This document shows, one piece after another, positions 48,867 to 59,435 of a DNA stretch of 64,000 nt (the first letter of the stretch is position 1; each line of letters opens with the position of its first letter). Both the position numbers and the translations under genes were made by a program. The notes under the pieces are model-generated. The model ran no database searches. It worked only from the letters and a program-made list of their open reading frames with translations, and had not been told where the DNA came from. Source of the DNA: Chloroflexota bacterium (lineage in GTDB: Bacteria > Chloroflexota > UBA11872 > VXOZ01); NCBI GenBank assembly GCA_963662335.2, contig CAXXVD010000002.1, positions 608,001-672,000 of the forward strand, read 5' to 3'.

Positions 48867-50231
48867 GTGACTCAATCGTCAGTCGAACAGAAGCCGCTAA
48901 CGGCGTTGCAGGGCATAACCACAGAAGCGTGGCAGGAGATTTCGCGGGCGTGCGGCGAGCCGGACTGGGCGCGCAACCTGCGCCGCAAGGCGTGGGAAGC
49001 CTACGTGGATACCCCCATGCCGTCGCTGAAAGATGAAGATTGGCGGCGCACCGACTACCGCGAATTGAAGCCGGACGACCTGCTGCTCTACCTGCCCGCC
49101 GGCCTCTCCGCGGCGCGTGAAGCCGACCTGCCGGATGCGCTGCGGTCTCGCCTGGCTATCGGTGACGAATGGGGCGGCCTGGCCGTGCAGGTCAATTCGG
49201 AAGTCGTCTTTTCGCGACTTGACGAATCGCTGCGCGCGCAAGGCGTCATCCTCGCGCCGCTGGCGGAAGCAATGCACGCGCATCCGGAGCTTGTGCAGCC
49301 GCACCTGGGGCACGTCGTCACGCCCGACGACGGCAAGTTCCCGGCGCTGCACGGCGCGTTCTTCGCCGGCGGTATCTTCTGCTACGTGCCGCCGGATACG
49401 ACGGTGGAACTGCCGCTTCAGGCGTCATTCTGGATGACTGCCGAGAACGTCGCCGTCTTTCCCCACGTGCTGTTGGTGGCGGACGTTGGCAGCCAGGTGA
49501 CGTTCGTCGAGCGCTACGCCAGTCCCAGCCTGGAAGCGCAGTCGTTCTCGTGTCCGGCCACGGAGGTGGTGGCCAAAGACGGCGCGCAGGTGCGCCACGT
49601 CACGGTGCAGGACTGGGGGCGGCACGTCATCGAGTTGGGCTTCCAGCGCTTCCGCGTCGCCAACGACGGCAACCTCCACACCATTCTCGCCGCCACCGGC
49701 GGCAAACTGGTCAAGAACTACGTGGACAACAGTTTCGCCGGTTCGGGGGTAGAGTCTTTTCATCGCGGGTTCTTCTTCACCGACGGCACGCAGCACATGG
49801 ACTATAAGACCATGCAGGACCATCTGGCGCCCTACAGCACCAGCGACCTGCTGATCAAGGGCGCGCTGCGCGACCGCTCGCGCGCCGTCTTTACCGGCGT
49901 CATCAACGTGCGCAAGGGGTCGAAGCGCACCGACGCCTACCAGGAGAACCGCAACCTGCTCCTGAGCAAGCGCGCGCGCTCCGACTCCATTCCCATCTTG
50001 GAAATCGACAACGACGACGTGCGCTGCACCCACGGTTCGGCCACCGGGCAGGTGGACCAGGAAGAACTATTCTACGTGATGGCGCACGGCCTGGACAAGA
50101 ACGACGCCGCGCGCATGTTGGTGGAAGGGTTCTTCAGCGAGGTGATCCAGCATACGCCGGTGGACAGCGTGCGGGCGCAGCTTGCGGAGGCGGTGCAGCG
50201 GAAGATGAGCGGCTGGCAGGTGGAGGATTGA
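48867..50231 (+). CDS. sufD: Fe-S assembly protein
   Basis: EDWRRTD and PILEIDNDDVRCTHG motifs; GTG start after AGGAAAGG. Confidence 0.93.
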   Translation: MTQSSVEQKPLTALQGITTEAWQEISRACGEPDWARNLRRKAWEAYVDTPMPSLKDEDWRRTDYRELKPDDLLLYLPAGLSAAREADLPDALRSRLAIGDEWGGLAVQVNSEVVFSRLDESLRAQGVILAPLAEAMHAHPELVQPHLGHVVTPDDGKFPALHGAFFAGGIFCYVPPDTTVELPLQASFWMTAENVAVFPHVLLVADVGSQVTFVERYASPSLEAQSFSCPATEVVAKDGAQVRHVTVQDWGRHVIELGFQRFRVANDGNLHTILAATGGKLVKNYVDNSFAGSGVESFHRGFFFTDGTQHMDYKTMQDHLAPYSTSDLLIKGALRDRSRAVFTGVINVRKGSKRTDAYQENRNLLLSKRARSDSIPILEIDNDDVRCTHGSATGQVDQEELFYVMAHGLDKNDAARMLVEGFFSEVIQHTPVDSVRAQLAEAVQRKMSGWQVED

Positions 50232-50234
50232 CGG

Positions 50235-50546
50235 ATGGCGAATTTCATTCGGGTAGCGTCCGTAGACGAGATCCCGGAGGGCCGGGCCATCGTCGTCGAT
50301 ATAGACTACGATAGTCTGGCCCTGGCCCGCGTTGACGGCGAGGTGTACTGCATTGACAACGTCTGCACCCACGATGGCGGGCCGCTGGGCGAAGGCGAAC
50401 TGGACGGCACGACGCTGGAGTGCCCCCGCCACGGCGCCCGCTTCGACGTTTGCACCGGCCGCGCCATGACGTTTCCGGCCGTGGTGCCGGTGAACACCTA
50501 TGACGTGCGCATCGATGGCACGGACGTGCTGGTGGACGTGGGATGA
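50235..50546 (+). CDS. Rieske [2Fe-2S] ferredoxin
   Basis: CTH...CPRH motif. Confidence 0.92.
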   Translation: MANFIRVASVDEIPEGRAIVVDIDYDSLALARVDGEVYCIDNVCTHDGGPLGEGELDGTTLECPRHGARFDVCTGRAMTFPAVVPVNTYDVRIDGTDVLVDVG

Positions 50547-50610
50547 CCCCTTTCACAGGCCAAGGCCGCGCCTGCGGTGAAGGCAGCGCCTCTAGATGGG
50601 ACTGCGCGCG

Positions 50611-51882
50611 ATGACGCCGACCGAGCCGGCGAACAATGGCTTCGACGTGAACGCCGTGCGGCAAGACTTCCCAATCTTGGACGTGCAGGTGCACGGCAAG
50701 CCGCTGGTGTACCTGGACAACGCCGCGACTTCGCAGAAACCGCAGGCCGTTATCGACAGCCTGGTGGACTACTATTCGCGCTATAACGCCAACGTGCACC
50801 GCGGCATCTACACGCTCAGCGAGCAAGCCACCGCAGCCTACGAGGAAGCGCGGGCCAAAGTGGCGCGTTTCATCAACGCGCCCTCGCCGGACTGCATCAT
50901 CTTTACGCGCAATACCACCGAGGCCATCAACCTGGTGCGCTATGCCTGGGGGGCCGACAACGTGCGCGCCGGTGACGAAATCCTGGTCTCCGAGATGGAG
51001 CACCACTCCAATCTGGTGCCGTGGCAACTGCTGGCGCGGGAGCAGGAAGCGGTGCTCCACTTCCTGCGGGTCAACAATGAAGGCCGCCTCATGCTGGATG
51101 GGCTCGACGTGCTAATTACCGAAAAGACGCGGCTGCTGGCGGTGACCCACGTCTCGAACGTGCTCGGCACCATCAATCCGGTTAAAGGCATCGCCAAGAA
51201 GGCGCACAAGTACGGCGCGTTGCTGCTGGTGGACGCCGCGCAGAGCGTGCCCCACATGCCGGTGGACGTGCAGGAATTGGACTGCGACTTTCTGGCGTTT
51301 TCCGGCCACAAGATGATGGGCCCCACCGGCGTGGGCGTGCTCTACGCCAAGCCGCACCTGCTCAAGTCGATCCGGCCCTTCCTGGGCGGCGGCAGCATGA
51401 TTCGCAAGGTGATGCTCACGGAGTCCACGTGGGCGGACGCGCCGCAGAAGTTCGAAGCGGGCACGCCCAACATCGCGGACGTCATCGCGCTGGGCGCCGC
51501 CGTGGACTACCTCAGCGAACTTAGCATGGAGCAGGTGCGCGAGCACGAGCGGCAGATAACCCAGTACGCGCTGGATAGACTGCGTGAGGTTTCCGGCATC
51601 AAGCTCTTCGGGCCCTGGGAACTGGATACCCGCGGCGGCGTGGTTTCGTTCGACTTGGACGGTGTGCATCCCCACGACATCGCGCAAATTCTCGACAGCG
51701 AGGCGGTGGCGGTGCGCGCGGGGCACCATTGCTGCCAGCCGCTCATGCGGCGGTTCAACGTCCCCGCCACGGCGCGCGCCAGTTTCTACGCCTACAATAC
51801 CGAGACGGAAGTGGACGCGCTGATACAGGGCTTGCACAAGGCGCAGAGGGTATTTGGCCATGCAGTTGAACGATCTGTATAA
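50611..51882 (+). CDS. sufS: Cysteine desulfurase (group II)
   Basis: YLDNAATSQKP, SGHK and RAGHHC motifs. Confidence 0.95.
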   Translation: MTPTEPANNGFDVNAVRQDFPILDVQVHGKPLVYLDNAATSQKPQAVIDSLVDYYSRYNANVHRGIYTLSEQATAAYEEARAKVARFINAPSPDCIIFTRNTTEAINLVRYAWGADNVRAGDEILVSEMEHHSNLVPWQLLAREQEAVLHFLRVNNEGRLMLDGLDVLITEKTRLLAVTHVSNVLGTINPVKGIAKKAHKYGALLLVDAAQSVPHMPVDVQELDCDFLAFSGHKMMGPTGVGVLYAKPHLLKSIRPFLGGGSMIRKVMLTESTWADAPQKFEAGTPNIADVIALGAAVDYLSELSMEQVREHERQITQYALDRLREVSGIKLFGPWELDTRGGVVSFDLDGVHPHDIAQILDSEAVAVRAGHHCCQPLMRRFNVPATARASFYAYNTETEVDALIQGLHKAQRVFGHAVERSV

Positions 51883-52315
51883 GGAAATCATCCTCGACCA
51901 CTACGAAAGCCCCCACAACCGGGGCCGGCCGCCGCGCGCCGACGTCGAGGCCGAGGGCAGCAATCCGCTCTGCGGCGACGACGTGGAGATCTACGTGCTG
52001 TTCGACGGCGAGCGCCTGCAAGAGGTGCGGTTCGACGGCTCCGGCTGCGCCATTAGCCTGGCGGCGGCGTCGATGATGACCGAGGCGCTGGAGGGCAAGT
52101 CCAAGGCCGAGGTCCAGGAAATCGGCGAACGCTTCAAGGCTATGATGCACGGCGCGGACGTCACGCTGCCGGAAGAGATGGAAGACCTGGAATCCCTGAA
52201 AGGCGTGGCCAACTTCCCCCTGCGCGTCAAGTGCGCCCTGCTGCCGTGGGCGACCCTGGAACACGGCCTGGCCAATGCGGACGCCGGCCGGAGGGTCTCA
52301 ATCGAGGTGGATTAG
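51860..52315 (+). CDS. sufU: SUF NifU-like protein
   Basis: NPLCGD, GCAIS and RVKCA motifs. Confidence 0.93.
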   Translation: MQLNDLYKEIILDHYESPHNRGRPPRADVEAEGSNPLCGDDVEIYVLFDGERLQEVRFDGSGCAISLAAASMMTEALEGKSKAEVQEIGERFKAMMHGADVTLPEEMEDLESLKGVANFPLRVKCALLPWATLEHGLANADAGRRVSIEVD

Positions 52316-52334
52316 GCAGTCCCGTTGCTCCGCT

Positions 52335-52462
52335 CGCGTCATACCACTTTCGTAATTCCGCTCGCGTCATTCCGGTCACGGCAATGCGGTCACGGAAGTG
52401 CAGTCATGTCATTCCGAGCGCAGCGAGGAATCTAAGGCGTAGCGCGGGGGCTTGTCCCCCGC
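52335..52462. repeat. Palindromic repeats after sufU
   Basis: Decayed GTCATTCC copies, then TGTCATTCCGAGCGCAGCGAGGAATCT and the GTAG-REP. Confidence 0.8.
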
Positions 52463-52521
52463 CTCTTTGCGTTAATGGACGCGCGCCATCTCGGGCAACG
52501 CCCCCGCGGCGGACTATAACC

Positions 52522-52674
52522 CTACGACCGCGACATGTGGCGCCAGATCCCTCTGACCGCAACCATGATGGCGAGACTGGTCAGGATGGCAATCATGGGC
52601 GCGACCACGAACGGCAATCCGGAAAAGAACCCCCAGACGATAAACCCAATGATGCGCAGCACGATGTCCATCAT
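52522..52674 (-). CDS. Small hydrophobic protein (50 aa)
   Basis: SD GGAGG; MMDIVLRIIGFIVWGFF...IMVAVRGIW. Confidence 0.5.
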   Translation of the reverse strand: MMDIVLRIIGFIVWGFFSGLPFVVAPMIAILTSLAIMVAVRGIWRHMSRS

Positions 52675-52872
52675 CAGCAAGATCCTCCGCAAGTGGTAGT
52701 ATGCTTTGAAACATGTGCAGGTAGCATAATGGTACACCACCTGGGAGCGGAGCGCACCTTTGGCCCTTTACGCTGTTGGGTTTCTGGACCTCTGGTTGAG
52801 CGCTTTGGAGATTGAGGGCCATTCCATCGAACGCTGTTGCGCGGCGGATTCGAAACAGAGGAGCGAGCATAC

Positions 52873-53679
52873 ATGGCAGCGAAGATCGGATGTCAGGCGC
52901 GGCTGTGGCTGCGGGAGACGCAGGATATTGGCGGCATCCTGCCGGCTATCGGCAGAGACCTGGCGGCGGCCGGGTACGCCGGCCTGGAAATTGGCTACGC
53001 CTACGTCAACAACCCGCACGACGTTGCCGCCTACCGGCGGGCGGTGGACGGCAACGGGCTCAAGACGGCCGGCATTCACGTGGGCGGCGCCTGGCACGAC
53101 CCTGACGCAGCGCGGGAGAAGGCCATGCCCCAGGCGCGCGCCGCCGCCGATTTCGCCGCGGCAGTGGGCGCGGAACACCTCGTGATCAGCACGGGACGGA
53201 AAGCGGACGGCCGCCTGACGCCGGCGGAAATCGACGCGCAGGTGGCGCATCTTGGCGAACTTAGCGCCTACGCGGCGGCGCGGGGCGTGACGCCGCTGCT
53301 GCACAACCATCAGCACGAATTCGCGCACGGCGCGGAAGTGTTTCGCGCAATCATGGCCGGCGTGGACGCCGCCACGCTCGGCCTCTGCCTGGACGTGAAC
53401 TGGGCCATGTGGGCGGGGGCGGACGGCGCAGCGGTGATGGCAGAATACTACGACCGCCTGCGCATGGTGCACGTGCGCGACACGGTGGGTCATGCGGCGT
53501 GCGTGGAGGTGATGGGAGAAGGCGACGCGGCGCTGGCTGACGTCTTCGGCGCGCTACGCGCGCGGGAGTACCCGCACTGGGCGCTCTACGAGTGGTCGGC
53601 GTGCGACCCGACGACAGACCGCGCCACGGCCGAGATCGCGCGGCTGAACCGCGAATACCTCAGCCAGGCGCTGGGTTGA
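52873..53679 (+). CDS. Sugar phosphate isomerase/epimerase (IolE-like TIM barrel)
   Basis: HNHQHEF, LDVNW, VHVRD and YE motifs. Confidence 0.85.
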   Translation: MAAKIGCQARLWLRETQDIGGILPAIGRDLAAAGYAGLEIGYAYVNNPHDVAAYRRAVDGNGLKTAGIHVGGAWHDPDAAREKAMPQARAAADFAAAVGAEHLVISTGRKADGRLTPAEIDAQVAHLGELSAYAAARGVTPLLHNHQHEFAHGAEVFRAIMAGVDAATLGLCLDVNWAMWAGADGAAVMAEYYDRLRMVHVRDTVGHAACVEVMGEGDAALADVFGALRAREYPHWALYEWSACDPTTDRATAEIARLNREYLSQALG

Positions 53680-53756
53680 CGTACAGAAGCGCCGCGGCCA
53701 CCCGTCCAGAGTGCGACACGCTCACCACGAACGGCTTGCCCGGGCGCGGGCAACTG

Positions 53757-53853
53757 CGGAGGCGCATGGGAGTCGAACCCACCCAGGACGGGAGTAGCCC
53801 GCCCCGCAAACGGTTTTGAAGACCGCGAGGCCCACCGGGACCCGAGCGCCTCC
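53757..53853 (-). tRNA. selC: tRNA-Sec(TCA)
   Basis: 8-bp acceptor GGAGGCGC/GCGCCTCC, anticodon loop CT-TCA-AA, long variable arm, GGTTCGACTCC. Confidence 0.93.
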
Positions 53854-53958
53854 ACGCTCCAGTCTAGCAGTCTCGGACTTTGCGGGAAATGTCAGCGGTT
53901 TCTCGGTTCCGTACACTAGGCTCGTTCCCGGCGATAGCGTCATAATCAACGACAAGAA

Positions 53959-54135
53959 GCGGGGGACAAGCCCTAATGCTGTCGCAGCGGCGCGAAGACG
54001 AGCCGAAAACTCAATGGCGATGAGAACCACGCCTCGCATCTCAGGTAGGGCAGGTGTGCAATCTGAGCGCATGTAGGGTCAATCCTTTGAGTATGCTTTT
54101 CTCTTGCTCCGGCGGGGGACAAGCCCCCGCGCTAC
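53959..54135. repeat. Composite dispersed repeat, diverged copy
   Basis: Colinear with the 17566 and 25190 copies. Confidence 0.88.
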
Positions 54136-54417
54136 GGCTGGTCGCTGGGGCGCGAAGGTGTCCCAGCGAGAGCGCTTAGACCGATCACCTCGGAATCTCG
54201 CTCCGCCCGTTGCTGTAGCGGCTCACTTGACAGTCGCTAGCTGGGTTCGGTATCTAAGGTAAGAAGTGTCGATGCGCGTTTGCCTCTCGCCAGATGGTTT
54301 TTGCGCGATTGAGAAGCGCGTGCTCACTATGCCAGCCGGTTGGCGCGGCGAATGGGCGGCGAGCGCGGTATTGCAAGAAGATACGGTACGTCTTTCTGAA
54401 CGATAGCGGAGCCAGCG

Positions 54418-55248
54418 ATGCTTGTCGGTTTCAATCCCCGGTTGCAGCCCTTTCGGCGCATGAGCGTGGCGGAGCAGTTGCAGGAGGCTTTGCATACGGC
54501 GGAGCGGCTTGAGTTCGGGGTGATAGAACTGACCGTGGACGAGGTGGTCTATCGCAAGGGGTTGTGGGACACGTTCACCCACGACGCGCTGGACCTCATC
54601 ACGCACGCCCCCGCGCAATTCCAGGTGAACCTCTTTCCGGACGAAGGTTTCGAAGAAGCGCCGAGCGACGTCAACGCGTTTCCGCGCTCCATCTACCTGC
54701 GGCGCGTGGCGCAGACGATCGAGTTCTTCGAGGCTTACGCGCCCATGTCGCTCTACGTGACGCACGCGGGACGGCGCACACGGCACGTGGACGACCACCT
54801 GCAGGCGCTGGAGGAGGCGTTTCAGGCGCTGTTGGTGCTCTACCCCGGCGTGCCGCTGGCAATCGAGAACGGCGGGCGCGAATCCGTGCTGCATTTCCCG
54901 GATGACTTTCTGACGTTTCTCGACGCGTTGCCGTCGCTGCGGTTCGCCCTGCACACTGGGCGCGCCTTTCAGTCGGTAATGTGGGATAACGAGCAACTGG
55001 CGCGCTACGTGCGCAAGGCGGCGCGCTTCGTCGACCGCCTGGCGGCCATTCGCTGGACGAACGCCAATCCGATTACGGATCCTGACCGACCGCTGCAACT
55101 GGAGCTTGACCGCGCGCCGGACCTGGGGCTGATCATGCGCGGGTTGGGCCGGAACCCGGCCCTGGTGCACGTGCTCGATACGGTTGGCGGCCGGCCGGCG
55201 GCCCTGGCCCGCGAACGCCGGGCGCTGCACGCGCAGGTCTACCGCTAG
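54418..55248 (+). CDS. Divergent xylose isomerase/AP endonuclease 2-like TIM barrel
   Basis: VTHAG and LAIENGG motifs; other metal ligands appear substituted. Confidence 0.55.
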   Translation: MLVGFNPRLQPFRRMSVAEQLQEALHTAERLEFGVIELTVDEVVYRKGLWDTFTHDALDLITHAPAQFQVNLFPDEGFEEAPSDVNAFPRSIYLRRVAQTIEFFEAYAPMSLYVTHAGRRTRHVDDHLQALEEAFQALLVLYPGVPLAIENGGRESVLHFPDDFLTFLDALPSLRFALHTGRAFQSVMWDNEQLARYVRKAARFVDRLAAIRWTNANPITDPDRPLQLELDRAPDLGLIMRGLGRNPALVHVLDTVGGRPAALARERRALHAQVYR

Positions 55249-55407
55249 ACCGGCCCGGTGGAGCGCGGCGGCGGCAACCCGGCGCCGCGCCTGCGGTATA
55301 ATTCGGGGTGGGAGACGCCCGGCGGCGCCCCGACACCGCCGCATCCGCGCGCGGCCATTGTGCGAATCGGAACAGTGTTGGCATCTAAGCAGGGCGGGGA
55401 AGCCGAA

Positions 55408-55752
55408 GTGGACGAGGCAACCGTGGACAACGCGCTCGCGCGCCTGGAGTTCGACGCACAGGGGCTTGTGCCGGCCGTAATCCAGGACGCGGCCACAAAG
55501 CAGGTGCTGATGCTCGGCTTCATGACGCGGCAGATGCTGGCCAAGACGCTGGAGACGGGACGGGTCTGGTTCTGGAGCCGGAGCCGCCGGGAGCCGTGGC
55601 TGAAGGGCGCTACCAGCGGCAACTACCTGAACGTGGCAGGCGTCTACCGCAACTGCGAAGACAATTCACTGCTCATTCTCGCGCGGCCGGAGGGCCCCAC
55701 CTGCCACACGGGAAACGTAACCTGCTACTACCGCGCGCTGGACGAGGAGTAG
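55408..55752 (+). CDS. hisI: Phosphoribosyl-AMP cyclohydrolase
   Basis: WSRSR..W.KGATSG, CED and CHTG..TC motifs. Confidence 0.92.
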   Translation: MDEATVDNALARLEFDAQGLVPAVIQDAATKQVLMLGFMTRQMLAKTLETGRVWFWSRSRREPWLKGATSGNYLNVAGVYRNCEDNSLLILARPEGPTCHTGNVTCYYRALDEE

Positions 55753-55754
55753 CC

Positions 55755-56129
55755 GTGTCTGACGAGAAGAAATGCGACGCGGCGACCGCGGCCGTGCTCG
55801 ACGCGGTCTATCAGACGATCCGCGAGCGGCAGGAGACGCTGCCGGAGGGGTCGTACGTCACGCACTTGCTGCACGGGGGCGTGGATCGGATTGCGCGCAA
55901 GGTGGGCGAGGAGGCGCTGGAGGTAGTGCTGGCGGCCAAGAACGAGACGCCGGACGAACTGACGGCGGAGGTGGCAGACCTCTGGTTCCACTGCTTGGTG
56001 CTGCTGGCGCACAGCGGCCTCACGCCGGCGGACGTCTACGCGGAACTGGCGCGGCGGCACGGCAAGCGCCCGACGTTTCAGAAGAAAGCGGCGGCGCGCG
56101 CCCAATTGCCCGGTTCCCAAGACGTGTGA
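55755..56129 (+). CDS. hisE: Phosphoribosyl-ATP pyrophosphatase
   Basis: [12 protein letters not shown] and EVADLWFH motifs. Confidence 0.92.
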   Translation: MSDEKKCDAATAAVLDAVYQTIRERQETLPEGSYVTHLLHGGVDRIARKVGEEALEVVLAAKNETPDELTAEVADLWFHCLVLLAHSGLTPADVYAELARRHGKRPTFQKKAAARAQLPGSQDV

Positions 56130-56257
56130 GCCGCCCCCAGCCGCACACGTCTGCTTCACTGCTAGCCTTTCCCCGAGGCGTAAGGGTTCCCTCTCCCCGA
56201 GGCGCAAGCGTTCCCGCTCTCGAGGGAGAGGGTTAGGGTGAGGGGATTCCGCTGTGA

Positions 56258-57127
56258 TTAGGAAGCGCTAGCGGCGGTTGCGGGCTGCCAGCTGGTCTCC
56301 GCGAGCAGGTTCATCAACCCCGCGTGCGCCTGTGCAAAGAGGTCGTGGCCGGTGTGGCCGAAGGAACGGCCCGCCACCAGCAAGTGCGGTTCCAGTGAAA
56401 AGAAGCCGTCGTAGCCGTCGGCTTTCAGCGCGCGCAGGAGTTCGGGCCACTCCGCGCTCCCTTCACCGGCGATGACCACCTTGCCCCGCGGGGATTCCTT
56501 GTCCTTGACGTGCACGTAGCGCAGCCACGGTTTCAGGGCGCGGTAAGCCTCGGTATACGGCTTCACGCCGCAGGCCACGAAGTTTGCCGGGTCCAGCGTG
56601 AGGCGCAGGTTCTCGGCGCCGACCGTTTCGAAGATGTCCTGGCAGCGCGCCGGCGTGTCGCCATAGATGTCGCTCTCGTTCTCGTGCAGGAGCATGATGT
56701 CGCCGCGATGGCGGCGGGCCGCGTCACAGAGCGCCTGGAGGCGGCGCATGACTTCATCCCGGTATTGCGCCGGATCCTCGCCTTCCGGTATGAAGAAGGA
56801 GAACATGCGGATGTTGGCCGTTTCCAGAATATCGGCGGCGCGCAGCGCGCCCTGGAAGCGCTCTAGGTGCGCGGCGAAATCGTCGGTGATCCCAATCTTG
56901 CCGATCGGCGAGCCGATGGCGGAAACGCTCATGCCGCGACTGTCGAGTGCGCGTTTCGCCGCCCGCAGGTCGTCATCGGAAAGGTCGACGATTACGGCCT
57001 TCGGTTTGCCGTTGACGGCAAGATTGCGCACTTCGATGTAATCGATGCCCATGCCCTGCATAGCGTCGAGTTGTGTGCCGAAGTCGTCGGCAATTTCGTC
57101 GCCGAAGCCACTGACTTTGCGGTACAT
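56258..57127 (-). CDS. Sugar phosphate isomerase/epimerase
   Basis: SGFGDEI, GSPIGK, HENE, DPANF, HVKD and LEPHL motifs. Confidence 0.88.
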   Translation of the reverse strand: MYRKVSGFGDEIADDFGTQLDAMQGMGIDYIEVRNLAVNGKPKAVIVDLSDDDLRAAKRALDSRGMSVSAIGSPIGKIGITDDFAAHLERFQGALRAADILETANIRMFSFFIPEGEDPAQYRDEVMRRLQALCDAARRHRGDIMLLHENESDIYGDTPARCQDIFETVGAENLRLTLDPANFVACGVKPYTEAYRALKPWLRYVHVKDKESPRGKVVIAGEGSAEWPELLRALKADGYDGFFSLEPHLLVAGRSFGHTGHDLFAQAHAGLMNLLAETSWQPATAASAS

Positions 57128-57448
57128 GCTTGAGTCTCCTTATGTGGGAACGGGTGGTAGTGCGTAGCCATTGTAGCGCAGATTGGCGGCGGTTGGAGCC
57201 GAGGCGCGCCCAGGAGCGGGGGACAAGCCCCCGCGCTACGGCCCGGCGGCGGTTGCGCTCGCTGCTCTTCCTCCGCTCAGAGTTGGTATAATGGAGCGGA
57301 CATGCCGTTTCCTGTCTATGGTGATGAACGGGCGGTATCGTGCCGGTGAAGCGCGCTGGGCGGCGGCTAGCGCATGTTCGACGCTTTGGGCGCATGGGCG
57401 CGCGAGCCCGCAGAGTACGGTTTTGCAGTGTGAGGAGAACGCAAGCGG

Positions 57449-57664
57449 ATGGAACAATACCTCCAGATAATCCAGATTATCCTGTCGGTCGCGCTGGTGG
57501 CTGCCGTGCTCTTGCAGGCGCGCGGCGCGGCGCTGGGCTCGGCGTTCGGCGGCTCGGACACCATTCACAACACGCGCCGCGGCGTTGATCGACTGCTCTT
57601 CAACGTCACGATCGGGATCGCGGCGCTCTTCATCATCGTGTCGATCATCCTCGTGCGGATCTAA
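57449..57664 (+). CDS. secG: Preprotein translocase subunit SecG
   Basis: VLLQARGAALGSAFGG...TRRG motif; two TM segments. Confidence 0.9.
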   Translation: MEQYLQIIQIILSVALVAAVLLQARGAALGSAFGGSDTIHNTRRGVDRLLFNVTIGIAALFIIVSIILVRI

Positions 57665-57684
57665 CGCGCGGCTGGGCGTGCAGC

Positions 57685-59421
57685 ATGGCAGGTCGATATT
57701 CGCCGTCCGCGACGAGGCCGCCGTCCGCGGCGCGTTCACCATTTGCAACGCGGTCGCCCGCCTCTTCGCGCATTGCCGGCGCGGTCTTCGTCGGCGGCAT
57801 TGGTTCGCTGCTGGTAGCGGCGCTGCTGGCGTACTTTGCCTATGCCGCCACGGTGGAAGACGTGCCCGATTACGGCGGCACGTACATCGAGGGCACGCTC
57901 GGGCCGCCGTCCACGCTCGTCTCCATCCTTGCCCAGGACGAGACGGCGCGCACCATCTCCCAACTCGTGTTCAACGGCCTCACGGCGTACGCGCCGGACG
58001 GCACGATTGTGCCCGACCTGGCGACCGGCTGGGAAATGGACGCCGAGAGCCGTTCCTACACGTTCTCACTCCGCAGTGACGTAACGTGGCACGACGGCAC
58101 ACCCTTCACGGTGGACGACGTGCTCTTTACGTTCGGTCTCTTGTCGAGCCCGGAGCACGCGCATCCGGTTTGGAGCAACATCGCGGTAGAGCGCCTCGGC
58201 GACCGCGCCGTGCGCATCTACGTGCTCAACAACGTCTACGCGCCGCTCTTGGAGTACGCCACGATTGGCATCTTGCCGCGGCACCTCCTGGATGGAATTA
58301 CGGTCGATCAAATCCCGCTTACGCCGTTCAACTTGCAGCCGGTGGGCACCGGTCCCTACCGTGTGGTTGAGGTAACGGAAGAGTACGCGCTCCTGCGCGT
58401 AAACGAGGTGTACTTCAACGGACGCCCCCGCATCCGCTTCGTCAAGTTCAAGTTCTACCCCAACGCCAAGGCGACCATTACGGCGCTGGAACGCGGCGAG
58501 GTGGAAGGCGTGAGTTACTTGCCGCCGGCGGAAGCGGGCCGCGTGGAGGCCATGGCCGACGTGCAGGCGTACAGCGCGCCGTTGGCCGGCTATACGGTGC
58601 TCTACTTCAATCTGCGCCGCGACCAGTTCTACGAGCGCACCGTACGGCACGCGATTGCCCACGCCATCGACCGCGACTACCTGGCGCGCGAGGTGCTGGC
58701 GGGGGCCGCGGAGCCGCTGGAAAGTCCGATCTTGCCGCTCTCGTGGGCCTACTTCGAAGACGTGGCCCGCTATCCGTACGACCCGCAGAAGAGTAGGGCG
58801 CTCCTGGATCAAGCCGGCTGGACGATTGGCGCGGACGGTGTGCGCGGCAAGGAGGGCAAGCGCCTCTCGCTCACGCTGCTGACCGTGGACGCGCCGGACC
58901 AAATCAGGCTGGCGGAAGCGGTCGGGGAGCAATTGGCGGCGGTGGGCATTGCGGTTGACGTGCAGGCGGAACGCCCCGCAGGGTTGCTCAGAGACTATCT
59001 CTTGACCCGTGAATTCGACATCGCGTTGTACACGTGGCTGCTCAAGGGCTTGGACCCCGATCCGTACGTGACGTGGCATTCGAGCCAGATCCAGAGCGGC
59101 TGGAACTTTGCCGGATTTATCGATCCCCGCGTGGACGAGGCGCTGCAGAATGCGCGCCACACCTTGGATCAGAGTGAACGCAAAGTGATGTACGCGGACT
59201 TCCAGCGCATGTTTGCCGAGGAGGCGCCGAGTTTGATGCTGCTTACGCCGCGCTATAGCTTTGCCGTGCGCACGACCGTGCGCGGCGTGAGCGTGCCCAT
59301 GGTGCTGCCGACCGTGGAATCCCGCTTGGCCGAAATCGACCGGTGGTACATCAAGACCAGGAAGAACGTCACCCGCGTGCGCTCGCCCCTGGAGGGCTGG
59401 CGGCTGCCGTTCTTTGGCTAG
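57685..59421 (+). CDS. Peptide ABC substrate-binding protein (family 5)
   Basis: PDLA..W, WHDGTPFT.DDV, PVGTGPY and VRHAIAHAID motifs. Confidence 0.9.
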   Translation: MAGRYSPSATRPPSAARSPFATRSPASSRIAGAVFVGGIGSLLVAALLAYFAYAATVEDVPDYGGTYIEGTLGPPSTLVSILAQDETARTISQLVFNGLTAYAPDGTIVPDLATGWEMDAESRSYTFSLRSDVTWHDGTPFTVDDVLFTFGLLSSPEHAHPVWSNIAVERLGDRAVRIYVLNNVYAPLLEYATIGILPRHLLDGITVDQIPLTPFNLQPVGTGPYRVVEVTEEYALLRVNEVYFNGRPRIRFVKFKFYPNAKATITALERGEVEGVSYLPPAEAGRVEAMADVQAYSAPLAGYTVLYFNLRRDQFYERTVRHAIAHAIDRDYLAREVLAGAAEPLESPILPLSWAYFEDVARYPYDPQKSRALLDQAGWTIGADGVRGKEGKRLSLTLLTVDAPDQIRLAEAVGEQLAAVGIAVDVQAERPAGLLRDYLLTREFDIALYTWLLKGLDPDPYVTWHSSQIQSGWNFAGFIDPRVDEALQNARHTLDQSERKVMYADFQRMFAEEAPSLMLLTPRYSFAVRTTVRGVSVPMVLPTVESRLAEIDRWYIKTRKNVTRVRSPLEGWRLPFFG

Positions 59422-59435
59422 AAGGGAAGGATAGC

